DNA of 64,000 nt from an uncultured Nitrospiraceae bacterium (GTDB taxonomy: Bacteria; Nitrospirota; Nitrospiria; Nitrospirales; Nitrospiraceae), in assembly GCA_963706325.1 (NCBI GenBank), contig CAVPLT010000004.1:576001-640000 (forward strand), written 5' to 3'. Numbering within the stretch: position 1 is the stretch's first letter; every line of letters starts with the position of its first letter. The translations under genes were made by a program, and so were the position numbers. A model generated the notes under the pieces. The model searched no databases. It had not been told where the DNA came from and was given only the letters and a program-made list of their open reading frames with translations. This document shows, one piece after another, positions 1 to 10,338 of the stretch.

Positions 1-1105
1 GAATGGCTGACGCGACAATGAGGCCGGCCCGTAGATCACCGAGAAAGAGAAACAGCACGGCAATGACCAGGAGGCCGCCTTCAAGCAGATTGTTGCGTAC
101 GGTCGCAATGACCTTGGAGACGAAAATCGTGCGATCGTAGTAGGGTTCAATTGTCACGCCCGTGGGCAGCGTCGCTTGGATCTCTTGTACGCGCGCCTTG
201 ACCCTGGTGACCACCTGCTGGGCATTCTCACCGGCGAGCATCTGCACCATGCCGATCACGGTCTCGCCCTCACCCATGGCGGTCGCCGCACCGATGCGAA
301 GCGCCGAGCCTTCTTTGACCTCGGCGAGATCCGCAATGTAGATCGGGACCCCGCCCGCTCCATGGGCGACGACGATCCGGGCCAAGTCGCTTACTTGCGT
401 GGCGAGGGCTTCACCGCGAATCAACAGTTGCTCGCGCTGGTGCTCGATATACCCGCCGCCGGCGATGGCATTGTTGCGCTGCAGGGCCTCAAAGATGTGT
501 TTGAGGGTCAATTTATAGGACAGCAGTTTCGAGGGATCGACGATTACGTGAAACTGTTGTGGCTCGCCACCCCAGATGTTGACCTCGACGACGCCGGGCA
601 CGGCGCGCAGCTTCATTCCGATATCCCATTGCAGGACGGTTCGCAGGGCCATGGGGCTATAACCCGGCCCTTTGACCGTGAACTGGTAGACCTCTCCCAG
701 CCCGGTCGTCAGGGGGCCCATGACCGGTCTGCCATACTCCGCGGGAATTCGCTCCATGGCCTGGGCCAATCGCTCCGAGACAAATTGTCTCGCTCGATAG
801 ATGTCGGTCTGTTCGTCAAAGATGGCGGTGACGGCGGATAGCCCATACCGTGAGACGGAGCGCAGTTCCCGCAAGGCCGGCAAACCGTTAAGGGAGGCTT
901 CGATCGGAAAGGTGATGAATTGTTCGACTTCGACGGGGCCTAATGCGGGCGCGCGGGTGAGGATTTGCACCTGGACAGGCGTTAGATCGGGGACGGCATC
1001 GATCGTGAGGTGCGCAAAGGACCATAGTCCGGATGCAATCACGACCGCGATCGCCACCAGGGTGAAAAATCGATACCGCAGGGAGAATGTCAGCAGGCGT
1101 TCCAT
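1..1105 (-). CDS. czcA: CusA/CzcA-family heavy-metal RND efflux permease, N-terminal part (runs off the window)
   Basis: Manual translation from ATG at 1105 gives MERLLTFSLRYRFFTLVAIAVVIASGLWSFAHLTIDAVPDLTPVQVQILT, the typical HME-RND N-terminus (IDAVPD). It lies directly after the adaptor gene. Confidence 0.9.
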   Translation of the reverse strand, partial: MERLLTFSLRYRFFTLVAIAVVIASGLWSFAHLTIDAVPDLTPVQVQILTRAPALGPVEVEQFITFPIEASLNGLPALRELRSVSRYGLSAVTAIFDEQTDIYRARQFVSERLAQAMERIPAEYGRPVMGPLTTGLGEVYQFTVKGPGYSPMALRTVLQWDIGMKLRAVPGVVEVNIWGGEPQQFHVIVDPSKLLSYKLTLKHIFEALQRNNAIAGGGYIEHQREQLLIRGEALATQVSDLARIVVAHGAGGVPIYIADLAEVKEGSALRIGAATAMGEGETVIGMVQMLAGENAQQVVTRVKARVQEIQATLPTGVTIEPYYDRTIFVSKVIATVRNNLLEGGLLVIAVLFLFLGDLRAGLIVASAI

Positions 1106-1112
1106 GCGCTCC

Positions 1113-2306
1113 TCACTCGCCCGATCCGATGTGCTCTTTCAGGAGCACATTCTTCAGATCGAAGACGCCTTCGACCACCACTTGGTCCCCGGCTTTCACA
1201 CCCTGCCTGATTTCGATCCACTCGCCGCCTTCTCGGCCGGTCTCAACCGGCAGGAAGGTATAGCCCGACGTCTCTGCAATGAATACCCCTTGGACCCGGT
1301 TCACTGTGGTGAGCGCAGAGAGGGGAACGGCGAGCATGGGTGGGCCGGCCAGGGTGAGCGCCACCTCGACGTATTCGCGCGGCTTCAGCTGTCCCTGGTG
1401 ATTCGCTGCCTCAAAGCGCACTTGAATGGTCCTGGTGGTCTCATCTGCCATCGGCGCAATATAGGTGAGGGGCGCGGTGAGTGCTTCGCCCCCTCGGGGT
1501 GTAATTGTTGCCGAATCGCCCTCTTTGAACTTTCTGGCCTGCTCGATAGGAAGACTCGCAAATACCCACACGCGGCTGGTATCCACGACTTCGAACAGTT
1601 CGTCGCCCGGCGCCACCCCCTGCCCGCGCACCGCATTCTGCGCCACCACCGTTCCTGCGATCGGGGCGGTCAGAGTGTATTGATGCCCCTTCTCATGGTG
1701 TCCCACTTCGAGTTGCCTAAGTTCGGCTGTCGAGAGTCCCATGTTCATAAGTTTCTCGCGGATGTGTTGATATCGGGCCTTCGTTTCCAGGTACTGCCCT
1801 CTGTCTTCGTTCAGCTTGCGTTCCGTCACGATGTCGTCCGTGCGAAGTTTTTCAGTCCGACGGAAACCATTCTCCGCGACGTCGGCTTGTACCTTTCCGA
1901 CGAGATACTCCTCAATCATCTGATCAAGCTGGAGACTGCCGATAGCGACGAGTCGCTGACCTCTCTTGACCCGATCCCCCAGTTGAACATGGATCTGTTC
2001 CACCTGACCGGCAATACGTGAGGTGATTTTGGCGACCTGTTTGAGGTCCAGCGCGACTTCGCCGGGGGCGGTGACGAGCTCCGGAATTGATCGCAGGGTC
2101 GCGGCCTGAATACGCAGACGGTCTCGAACAGCTGCAGGCGGATGAATCGAAAGAGTCTCGCCCGTTCGCGGTTTCATCTCTGTGACGGTCAGGGGCTTCG
2201 GTGGATCTGTCCCACGATCGCCACAGCCTGACAGCAACCAGAGGACGGTCACAATCATTCCGGTCGTTGCGACCGGTTCGGCCACTCGCCACGATGAGGT
2301 GGTCAC
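1113..2306 (-). CDS. czcB: RND efflux periplasmic adaptor (CzcB/CusB-like membrane fusion protein), probable lipoprotein
   Basis: 397-aa ORF with LSGC lipobox-like signal, ITSRIAGQVEQIHVQLGDRV and APIAGTVV hybrid motifs, and DETTRTIQVR. Confidence 0.9.
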   Translation of the reverse strand: MTTSSWRVAEPVATTGMIVTVLWLLSGCGDRGTDPPKPLTVTEMKPRTGETLSIHPPAAVRDRLRIQAATLRSIPELVTAPGEVALDLKQVAKITSRIAGQVEQIHVQLGDRVKRGQRLVAIGSLQLDQMIEEYLVGKVQADVAENGFRRTEKLRTDDIVTERKLNEDRGQYLETKARYQHIREKLMNMGLSTAELRQLEVGHHEKGHQYTLTAPIAGTVVAQNAVRGQGVAPGDELFEVVDTSRVWVFASLPIEQARKFKEGDSATITPRGGEALTAPLTYIAPMADETTRTIQVRFEAANHQGQLKPREYVEVALTLAGPPMLAVPLSALTTVNRVQGVFIAETSGYTFLPVETGREGGEWIEIRQGVKAGDQVVVEGVFDLKNVLLKEHIGSGE

Positions 2307-3560
2307 AGTGATGCTCCGAGCGAACGCTCCAAGCGGGCGAGGGCGATCGACAGATCGGCCCGCACTTGGGCATATTCCAGCAAGGTTTGCCGATAGACAC
2401 GCTGGGCATCCAGCACGTCCAAAAGCGTCGCGGCGCCATGCCGAAAACTGGTCCGCGCCACGGCCAACGTCTGTTCGGCTTGTTTCAGCAACCCGGTTTC
2501 AAAGACCTGGAGTTGATCCTGCGCCGTGCGCACTTCCTGCGCATGTTGGGTGATGGCCTGTTCCAGCTCGTTCTGTGCGCGTAGGCGTTCCGCATCGGCG
2601 CGATGCTTCGCCCCGAGGGCCGTTTGGATTTCTCCCTGCCGCCGATACCAGAGCGGCAACGGCACGCTGAGTCCTGCGGTGAGGGATTCATCTCCCGCCT
2701 CCCGGTGATAACTTCCCAGGAGGCTGATGTTCGGCATGCGCGCTTCCCGCTCGAAGCGCAGGGTATGTTCGGCCTGTTCCGCGAGTTTGCTTTGGCGCCG
2801 TACTGCTGGGTGTTGTTCGACGGCTTGTGCCAGAACGTCAGGATTCACCGCTTGGTTGGTCGTTAGGAAGTCGCCTTGGATAGCGAACTGTTTGCCGAGT
2901 GACCCGGCGGTGAGGGTATTCAGCCGACCTTTGGAAACCAACAGGGCATTGTTCGCACGGGAGACCTCCTTCCTGGCCTTCTGAACTTCAACTGCGGCCT
3001 TCATGTTGTCGAATGACGTCGCTTCGCCCGCCGAGATCCGTGCGTTGACGGTGCGCAACACTTCCTCTACAGAGGACACGTTCTGCGCGGCGAGTTCCAC
3101 ATCGCGCTGGGCGAAGAGGAGTTGATAGAAGGCTACCTTCACGTCGGCGAGCAGCGCTAAGCGAGTGTCTTCCAGCGCCGCACTCGCCCCCGCGACTCCG
3201 GCATCCGCTGCTTCCTGTCGAGCCTGCCGCTTGCCTGTCCATTCAAGCGGTTGCTCTACGGTGAAGGTCCGTTCGGTGACCCGGACGCCCGTGCTCGGAT
3301 CGCGAATGGCTCCTCGGCCTGCGCTGCCCGAGACAGATGGATTCGGATAGGCGCCCGCAGCGATCTGTTGGCCGTGACTCTGTTTCACGCAACCCTTCGG
3401 CCCCGGCTACGGTGGGGTTGTGTTGCAGCGCCAACGCTAGGATATCTGGCAATGAATAGGCCGCGGTGCGTGGCTCATCAGCCCATGTCAAGGCGCGGCT
3501 CGTGTCGAAGCAGACGGTCGCGCTCGTCAAGCACAGTAAGAAGACAATACGGGCAATCAT
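2303..3560 (-). CDS. czcC: TolC/CzcC outer-membrane factor, interrupted by a +1 frameshift near 3389
   Basis: The signal peptide and LALALQHNPTVAGAEG lie in ORF 3243-3596; the rest (YPNPSV...LLDVLDAQR) lies in ORF 2303-3388. Removing one base gives 419 codons. RBS AAGGAGGAGG precedes ATG 3560. Confidence 0.8.
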
Positions 3561-3660
3561 GTGGAGCCTCCTCCTTCGCAAACGTCGCGGCAGCACGAAA
3601 GGCCTCCTTCCGCCGGCCAGCGGGTCGCGATCCTATGTGAGAAATCAAGGGGAACGAGTG

Positions 3661-4137
3661 TTATCCAAGGCGCGGGGAGGGCGGCGCGCGTGCAGGAATC
3701 TCATGAACGACTAGCGCTGAAAACAAGGCAGACGCGCCATCCGTTTCCAATAAATCACGACGGGGAGGAAGAGGCAGGACCGAACGAGTGAGAAAGAGGA
3801 GCTGTGAAGAGCACGGCTTGAAGAACTTGCGATCGGTCGAATCGTTCAGGAGGGAAAAACCTAACTCCGGGTCTGCGCCCCAGGCATGCAGGCTCTCGGT
3901 TGACAGCACGAGTTCGGTATCCGCGGTCATCGCGCCTTCAGCAGCGTCTCGGTGATGTCCGAACTCTCCGTCGAGGTCGCCTGAAAAGACGGTATGAACC
4001 GTCGCTAAGTGGACATGGCCTGTATGGCTATGATGGGGATCAATCTCGGGATGTATGTGGAAGAGGGGAATGGCAATCAGCCACAGGATTGCCCAGGCGC
4101 GAAGGAGATCGGAGATTCTGAATGTCGGGTATGGCAT
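3661..4137 (-). CDS. His-rich membrane-targeted leader protein with C-terminal RAPP motif (DUF2946/CzcI-like)
   Basis: Hydrophobic segment (AWAILWLIAIPLF), His cluster HIHPEIDPHHSHTGHVH and C-terminal EIPARAPPSPRLG. It is the first gene before czcC. The start codon is uncertain. Confidence 0.65.
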   Translation of the reverse strand: MPYPTFRISDLLRAWAILWLIAIPLFHIHPEIDPHHSHTGHVHLATVHTVFSGDLDGEFGHHRDAAEGAMTADTELVLSTESLHAWGADPELGFSLLNDSTDRKFFKPCSSQLLFLTRSVLPLPPRRDLLETDGASALFSALVVHEIPARAPPSPRLG

Positions 4138-4556
4138 GACTCGAATGAAAGCACGTCCGCTTGCATGGACGCTATCATAGGGAGTCGAACACATCAAGAA
4201 GTGGTCGTTTCGCGGAACGGGAGGGGACCTGTTTTGGTGCTCCTTCGTCGATTGACGACTCTCATGCCGCCGGTTTGAAGAGTACTTTGGTCCAGCATCG
4301 TTCGCAGGCTTCGAGGCCTCGATAGGCTTCAAGCGCTTCCGCCAAAGTGGAGGGGAGACAAGAAAAGATGGGTCAGCTTCACCTCCTGAATGAAGTTGCC
4401 CGAGTTACGGGCTGTCTTGTTTACCGTGGGCGTGATAGACGAGCGATTTTTGTCGTTCGTTCATGTGATTCGGGAGGCCACATCATCATTCGCAAACAGG
4501 GGGAGGAACAGCCTTAGCCATTTCTCCCCCTATCCGTTTGTTTCCTGGCTCGACCG

Positions 4557-5705
4557 CTAGCGAGTTGTACCGTCCATCGCATTCGTATGCGGATCGCGAG
4601 GTTGATCGCGATTGAGTGACTCATTGCCGCAGCCTCCACCCAAGCAATCGGGCTTCCTCACATCTGTACCGGGGGACACCTCGGTGGAGTCTTTAAGGCG
4701 TGTAATCTGAACCGGCGCGCCATCATTGATGGCGACCTGATTGGCGAGCAAGACGGGATAGTTGCCCACCTGCACGACCCGGCCATTGGCGACAATTCGG
4801 TCCCCCGGCGAGGCATGGGCGACGGTTTGCTCCGTGGTATCCTGGCCCAAATCCACGATGGCAACACGGCCATCCGCTGTCTGTACCGCTGCCGTGCGGT
4901 GCAATTCGGCCGTGCGATTCGTGCGTATGTCACGGAATTGCTGAATCCGTCCTTCCACCTGCCTGTTATCCGTCAGCGCCGGACCGGCTTCGCGGTGTAA
5001 GTTTACGCGGTTGACGCCAGATTTGATCTGCTGCGCCATGAGAACAGAATAGTTGCCGATGTCCTCCCATTCGCCTCCCACTTGAATCTGATCACCTTTT
5101 GTAATCGCCATATCCAATGTGCGGCGGGTAGGGCCGAGATCCGTAATGATTTGCCGATCGTCCGCCGCCTTAATGAGGGCAACCGTGTTTTGGTCTCCGC
5201 TGGTTCGGTTCCGTACTTGCTTGATGGCGGTCACTGTGCCCCTAATGAAATGGCCATTCTGCGCCGGTGCCCCTGAAGCCATACGCTCGTTGCGAGCCTC
5301 GGGCATCCCATAGATCGGATCTCGCTGATCGTAAAACCAGGGTTCGTCGTAATACTGTTGGAAGGCAGTCGTCTGTTCATTTCGCTTCACGTTGCGGGTC
5401 GTCGAAGGGTGGGCGGCGTCCGCTGCGGTGGTCTGGTCGCTATTGGCCAAATCCGCGTCCCGAGAGTTTGTCCGAATCGCTCCCGGGCTGTCATAGAAGT
5501 CGTAGTACCAATTATCGGTTTTAAAACTATCCTCGTAGAAGCCGCCTGAAAGGTCACTGTTCCGAACGCGCGGTCCATCGTTCGACGGGAGGGCGGTCGT
5601 TCCCATTTCTCGGGGCCGTTCGGCGTAGATGGATGTGCCTCCGATTAATCCCACACCAAGCGCGAGGGCCAGTAGTGTTATCTGTTTTTCTTTGCGAATG
5701 GGCAT
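4557..5705 (-). CDS. Exported hypothetical protein with two internal OB-fold-like repeats
   Basis: Signal peptide and RBS GAAGGAGG. Two copies of a unit G.v..i..vR...DLG...GD.I.v.G...G.Y.VL.A.Qi. Confidence 0.75.
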   Translation of the reverse strand: MPIRKEKQITLLALALGVGLIGGTSIYAERPREMGTTALPSNDGPRVRNSDLSGGFYEDSFKTDNWYYDFYDSPGAIRTNSRDADLANSDQTTAADAAHPSTTRNVKRNEQTTAFQQYYDEPWFYDQRDPIYGMPEARNERMASGAPAQNGHFIRGTVTAIKQVRNRTSGDQNTVALIKAADDRQIITDLGPTRRTLDMAITKGDQIQVGGEWEDIGNYSVLMAQQIKSGVNRVNLHREAGPALTDNRQVEGRIQQFRDIRTNRTAELHRTAAVQTADGRVAIVDLGQDTTEQTVAHASPGDRIVANGRVVQVGNYPVLLANQVAINDGAPVQITRLKDSTEVSPGTDVRKPDCLGGGCGNESLNRDQPRDPHTNAMDGTTR

Positions 5706-5802
5706 TGCTGCCTCCTTCCAGTTAGCAGAGAATGAAGGTGTTTTTCGTGGTGACTGCAGGGATCATGAAGACCCTCACCATTCGGTTACCTCCTTAGCCA
5801 TA

Positions 5803-5918
5803 GCAAGAGACGCTCCTGCGGTGCTGCATGTGTAGGCTGTGGATATTAGTTGCTTTATGTACACCGATCCCCACGGACGTAAGTGGGTCATGAGGGACAG
5901 CTTGTCTAAGGCAGGACA
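5803..5918 (-). promoter_or_regulatory. Putative sigma-54 promoter (-24/-12) with upstream TGT-N10-ACA enhancer-like site
   Basis: The minus strand at 5816-5803 reads GGAGCGTCTCTTGC (GG-N10-GC). TTGTC-N8-GACAA inverted repeat at 5902-5919. Confidence 0.4.
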
Positions 5919-6011
5919 ACCTGTCGGGCATTCAATGGCTTTGTTTTGCATATTCCGTATCGTCCGGCTGCTCCGGTAGCGCAAGCTCGCGACTCTGAGC
6001 TCCGCAGGTCA

Positions 6012-7142
6012 TTATCCTGGAGGCCGTCGCTCAGGTGATTCCCTGGAGACTGTGAGTGTGGTGTCCGGCACGGCTTGCGTGACGCGGTAATAGATATCGA
6101 GCCAAGGGGCCAGAGTCTGGTCGCCGCCGTTCCACAGGGCGTCGACGTTCGCCGCTGCTCGACAAGACCATTTGACTGCGCGCTCCTCCCATTTCGCCCA
6201 CAAGGCGAAGTCCTGATTAGCCAAGGTCATCAGCGTGTCCGGATAGACGGCGACAGGGGCAAATCCATGACGGCTGAGCAGTTCATCCAAGGTGCGGACC
6301 GTATAGCCGTATAAATAGGGAAACCCCAACAGATTATTCCATGCAAGCGCCAGGGACAGCCATCCTTTGAGCGGCTCGGACGAGCGCTTCCACCAGGACA
6401 TCATACGATGGAAGCAAGCGCCGTTCGGCACACGAATGACCAGGATGCCGTGGTCGTGCAACATGCGTCGCGCCGCCGCGAGGGTGGCATCGGGATGAGG
6501 CAACTGGTCGAAAGTATTCCAGATCGTCACGGCATCAAACGTATGCGCAGGTACCTGTGCTTCAATGAGTGTTCCACACAAGACGTTCAGCCCCTGCTCG
6601 TGACAAAATCCCGCCACCTCTTGTCCAGGATCCACTCCGAGCATGTTCCATCCCTGTTCTCGACCGACGGCCAGAAAGCCACCCACGAAACTACCGACTT
6701 CGACGATTCGAGGAGTTATGCCTGGTCGAACGGGGAGATGCCTGGCCAGTGTTCGGACTTTCGAGGTTGCCCATTGGCGTTGGAGAACGAACTCCGAGCG
6801 CAAGTGCTCGTGACCGTAGCGCTCCTGGCTATAGGTATCCGTAACGGCCTCGGCGGTCGGCCGTCGATCACGGTAGAGGAGTCCGCAACCACGACAGGTC
6901 ACGATCGCCGTGACATAACTTTGCGTGAAGTCCGCGCGATCCGATAGATCGCCAGCGGCTGATTCTCGGCGTCGTCGGCGATGGAACTGCTGCAGAAATC
7001 GCACGTGACTCTCTACTTCCGATGACGAGCAGACTTCATCAGAAGTCGATCCACCGCAAATATGACAGGATGGGTTTGCAGAAGGTGTCGCCTGCTCTGA
7101 ATCAGCGATCGAGGAAGATTGAGACTTCGGCATGAGAGGCAA
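6012..7142 (-). CDS. Class I SAM-dependent methyltransferase with N-terminal Cys pairs
   Basis: IVEVGSFVGGFL motif I, FDAVTIWNTFDQL, CHIC and CRGC pairs. Confidence 0.85.
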   Translation of the reverse strand: MPLMPKSQSSSIADSEQATPSANPSCHICGGSTSDEVCSSSEVESHVRFLQQFHRRRRRESAAGDLSDRADFTQSYVTAIVTCRGCGLLYRDRRPTAEAVTDTYSQERYGHEHLRSEFVLQRQWATSKVRTLARHLPVRPGITPRIVEVGSFVGGFLAVGREQGWNMLGVDPGQEVAGFCHEQGLNVLCGTLIEAQVPAHTFDAVTIWNTFDQLPHPDATLAAARRMLHDHGILVIRVPNGACFHRMMSWWKRSSEPLKGWLSLALAWNNLLGFPYLYGYTVRTLDELLSRHGFAPVAVYPDTLMTLANQDFALWAKWEERAVKWSCRAAANVDALWNGGDQTLAPWLDIYYRVTQAVPDTTLTVSRESPERRPPG

Positions 7143-7154
7143 TCCTTCGGCCTG

Positions 7155-7841
7155 TTAGGGCACCACTGACATCGACGCCTGAGGAAAAAATGGATGACCC
7201 GTGAGCGCTTGATAGGCGATGGCGGCCGAGTGAATTGGGGAGATGTGTGTAAGAAAAGGCGTCAACCAATCTGAGTCGGCCACATCCATCGTATCCGGCA
7301 CGACGATACGACGCATGTGTTTGAGAAAGGCGGCCTGAATCTTAAGCGGCAGGGCCGTCACGGGGCCAATCGTACCGTCTTCTGTTATGGTGCCGGTCAT
7401 CGTGCAATCCAACGGAATGAAATCCCCCTTGGCTAACGCCACGACGGCCAGTCCCACGATCCCGGATAAACTGTCGCCATAAACTGTTCCCGCCGGTTCG
7501 TTCACGGCGAAGCTTACTGTCCAGGAATCAGTTCGGAGTTTAGCCGCATGGGCTGCTCTATCGATCGCGGACAAAATCGCGACCTCGGTGTCAGAGCTGA
7601 AGGACCCGCGTCCACTCAGGAAGCTCACCACAATGCCGTGCTGATCAGCCCGTTCTTCCAACGCAACAAACATTTCGCCCACTGCGCCTTCTCGCACCTG
7701 AGACGTATCGGCTGGACCGACCATGGTAACGCCTAGAAAACGTATGATTTGAGCGCCTTGGGTCTCGGCCCGCGCAGGAAGAGAGATCGTGCACCAGCTC
7801 AGGGCAAGGAGTATCAATATTCGACCGGCGAATGCGCCCAT
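7155..7841 (-). CDS. Exported S16/Lon C-terminal-type protease domain protein
   Basis: Signal peptide, GDSLS (GPSAG-like catalytic Ser) and MTGTITEDGTIGPVTALPLKIQAA (Lon_C signature with catalytic Lys). Confidence 0.8.
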   Translation of the reverse strand: MGAFAGRILILLALSWCTISLPARAETQGAQIIRFLGVTMVGPADTSQVREGAVGEMFVALEERADQHGIVVSFLSGRGSFSSDTEVAILSAIDRAAHAAKLRTDSWTVSFAVNEPAGTVYGDSLSGIVGLAVVALAKGDFIPLDCTMTGTITEDGTIGPVTALPLKIQAAFLKHMRRIVVPDTMDVADSDWLTPFLTHISPIHSAAIAYQALTGHPFFPQASMSVVP

Positions 7842-7976
7842 GCTCCGACCCTCCGGACCACATATGTGATTGTGCCCGGAATAAACTCGTGTAACATACT
7901 AGGTACTCCCCCTGTTACCTCTTTCCGATGGTGACCAACGAGACGACCCGAAAATAAGCGCACGCCATGAACTTGA

Positions 7977-9869
7977 TTATGGTGAGGAAGAAGGGGAGGC
8001 GAACCCGGGCACGCGTCGATTGAGGACTTCAGCCAGTCGTTGTGGAAGATCGGCGGATTCCAGTTCTTCAAGGGATTTGGGAAGAGATAGGGACCAGTTG
8101 GGATATTTTCCCGTGGAGGAGGGCATGTTGGGCCGTTCATTCACCGCGAGGGCGGATTCCAGGTCCGCCATCACGACCTGGGAGGGGGATTGAGCGAGTT
8201 GTTCAAATGTTCTAGTGATGGCGATTGTCACATCAGCGTCGGCATCCACGCCACTTGCTTCAACTAATTTCTGCTGGAAACGATTTTGTGCGGCCGGATC
8301 TGCCCGCCCACTGAGTTCCTCCTGCGCCTCAAGATCGGCCCCTGTCCAGACGCCGGCTATGGTGGGAAGGTCATGAGTGGTGACGGCGGCGAGGGCCTTC
8401 TGCGGGTATTCCGCGGGCGGTTCTTCTTCGAACCAGAGGAGGCGGTAGGACAGCACATTGTATTGATCCATCATCTCGCGAACGCCTGGCTCAACCGTGC
8501 CGAGGTCTTCTCCCACCACAAGAGCCTTGGCGCGTTGGCTTTCGATGGCGATAATCGCCAATAATTCTTCGGCCGCATATCGCACATAGGCGCCATCTTT
8601 CGGTTGACCGCCTTGGGGTATCCACCAAAGCCGGAATAACCCCATGACGTGGTCGATCCGAAGCCCCCCGGCATGGCGAACTATGGCTCGGATTGTTTGG
8701 ATGAAGGGATCGTAGCCAGCGGCTCGGAGTTTGTGTGGAATAAAGGGTGGGAGTCCCCAATTTTGGCCGGTGACGTTATACAGGTCCGGCGGCGCGCCCA
8801 CTGTCACTCCCGAAGCGATCAAGTCTTGCCATAACCATGCATCGGCGCCGTCCGGTGAAAACCCAATCGGCAAGTCCTGCATCAATGGCACGGGCTGGGA
8901 GGCACGTTTCAACTGCGTATTGAGGAGCCATTGAAGCCACATGTGAAATCGCACGCGATCTGACTCCGTTGCAGCAAAATGTTCCACCTGCGGAGAATCA
9001 GCACGACGGTACTCAGCAGGCCATTCGCGCCAATTAGAGCCGTGCCGTTCTGCCAAGCAGCAGAACACCGCATAGCGATGCAGGGACTGGCCTTCATGTA
9101 CGCAATAGGCCTCGAAATCGGCGTCGCCCTCGAAATAGGACCATACCAGCTGTAATGCCTCCTGTTTCAGATTGAACACGCGGTCTCGATCGATATGGCG
9201 TTCTCCATTGAGCGCCTGGCCCAAAGTCGTGAGCCTTCCGAGGTCGTGATCGGCACGCATTGCGCCGGGCAGGTCTTCAATTCGTAAGTACAACGGGTTC
9301 AAGAAACGACGACTCGATGGGGAATAGGGACTGGCTTCCTGCGGCACAAGTGGATGGACCGCATGGAGCGGGTTGATCAACAGGAGCCCCGCCCCCAGAC
9401 CTTGTGCCCATTCTGCTAACCGGCGCAGATCTGCCAAATCACCCATGCCCCAACTAGTGCGGCTTCTCGTCGCATACAGTTGTGCGCTCCATCCCCAAAT
9501 GCGAAGGTCTTCCGGCAGATGGCACCGCCCAGGACTGACGATGAGGCGGATGGAGGAGCCCCTTCGCCGGGTCGGTGTCAGGCGGTGGTAGCCGATCGGT
9601 AGGTCGTTCGGCACTTGATCGGAGAGGGAGTGCACCGTGCCGTCCTCACGCACCAAGGTCGCGGGAGCGGGCAATGGGAGCGATTCACCATGGCGGATGA
9701 CTTTGACAGCGTCCTCGAACCAGGAACGAGGAGGGGGGGGAGGTTGTCCCATGGTCGTCCGAATGCCAAGAATCGACCCTTCGGAAACCTCCTGCATCGT
9801 TCCCGCGGCGTCCTCGTATCGTGCCTGAATGCCCCAGGCGTCACTTTTTTTTGTGGCATCTTTTTCCAT
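7977..9869 (-). CDS. malQ: 4-alpha-glucanotransferase (amylomaltase, GH77)
   Basis: WGWSAQLYA, SPYSPSSRRFLNPLY, QDLPIG, LRIDHVMG, GEDLG and TTHDLPT motifs. The start is placed at MEKDATKK; the longer ORF overlaps the upstream gene. Confidence 0.93.
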   Translation of the reverse strand: MEKDATKKSDAWGIQARYEDAAGTMQEVSEGSILGIRTTMGQPPPPPRSWFEDAVKVIRHGESLPLPAPATLVREDGTVHSLSDQVPNDLPIGYHRLTPTRRRGSSIRLIVSPGRCHLPEDLRIWGWSAQLYATRSRTSWGMGDLADLRRLAEWAQGLGAGLLLINPLHAVHPLVPQEASPYSPSSRRFLNPLYLRIEDLPGAMRADHDLGRLTTLGQALNGERHIDRDRVFNLKQEALQLVWSYFEGDADFEAYCVHEGQSLHRYAVFCCLAERHGSNWREWPAEYRRADSPQVEHFAATESDRVRFHMWLQWLLNTQLKRASQPVPLMQDLPIGFSPDGADAWLWQDLIASGVTVGAPPDLYNVTGQNWGLPPFIPHKLRAAGYDPFIQTIRAIVRHAGGLRIDHVMGLFRLWWIPQGGQPKDGAYVRYAAEELLAIIAIESQRAKALVVGEDLGTVEPGVREMMDQYNVLSYRLLWFEEEPPAEYPQKALAAVTTHDLPTIAGVWTGADLEAQEELSGRADPAAQNRFQQKLVEASGVDADADVTIAITRTFEQLAQSPSQVVMADLESALAVNERPNMPSSTGKYPNWSLSLPKSLEELESADLPQRLAEVLNRRVPGFASPSSSP

Positions 9870-10338
9870 CGTTACAATATCCCTCCGCACTTCCGAGGCC
9901 GGAGAAATTATGGTTGCGACCAAAAAGTCAGCTTGCGCAGAGGCTGCGTAAGAGAATTTGTGGTGATCGGGTTGCTCCCTTGGCAGTATGCAATGATCGG
10001 GCTTGCCGATTAAAAATTCGGTGCGGTTTTTTCCCAGTGAAATGAAGTCATATACTCGTACAAACGCTCGCCGGATGCCATCGACCGCTACCTTTCGTCT
10101 TCCAGGGGACAACCTGTCCCAGAGTTTGGGTTGCCGATTCCGGAGCTGGAATTTCGCAGTCGGGCACTGAGTCGACTGACGGGCTACGTACCCGATGCAA
10201 GGACCGATGAAAGCTCGCGCCGTCGTGGTCGCCTTCGACCTGGCCCAACTGCCTTTTCGCTGGACGGTGCCGCGGACCTCGAGAGGCCTGATAAAGATTG
10301 TTCCTCCGGTGGCCTCGTTCAGATACCTATAGAATAGG

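Noticed and set aside
176..2021. Long plus-strand ORFs (221 and 406 aa)
   Set aside because: They are antisense shadows of czcA and czcB in GC-rich DNA.
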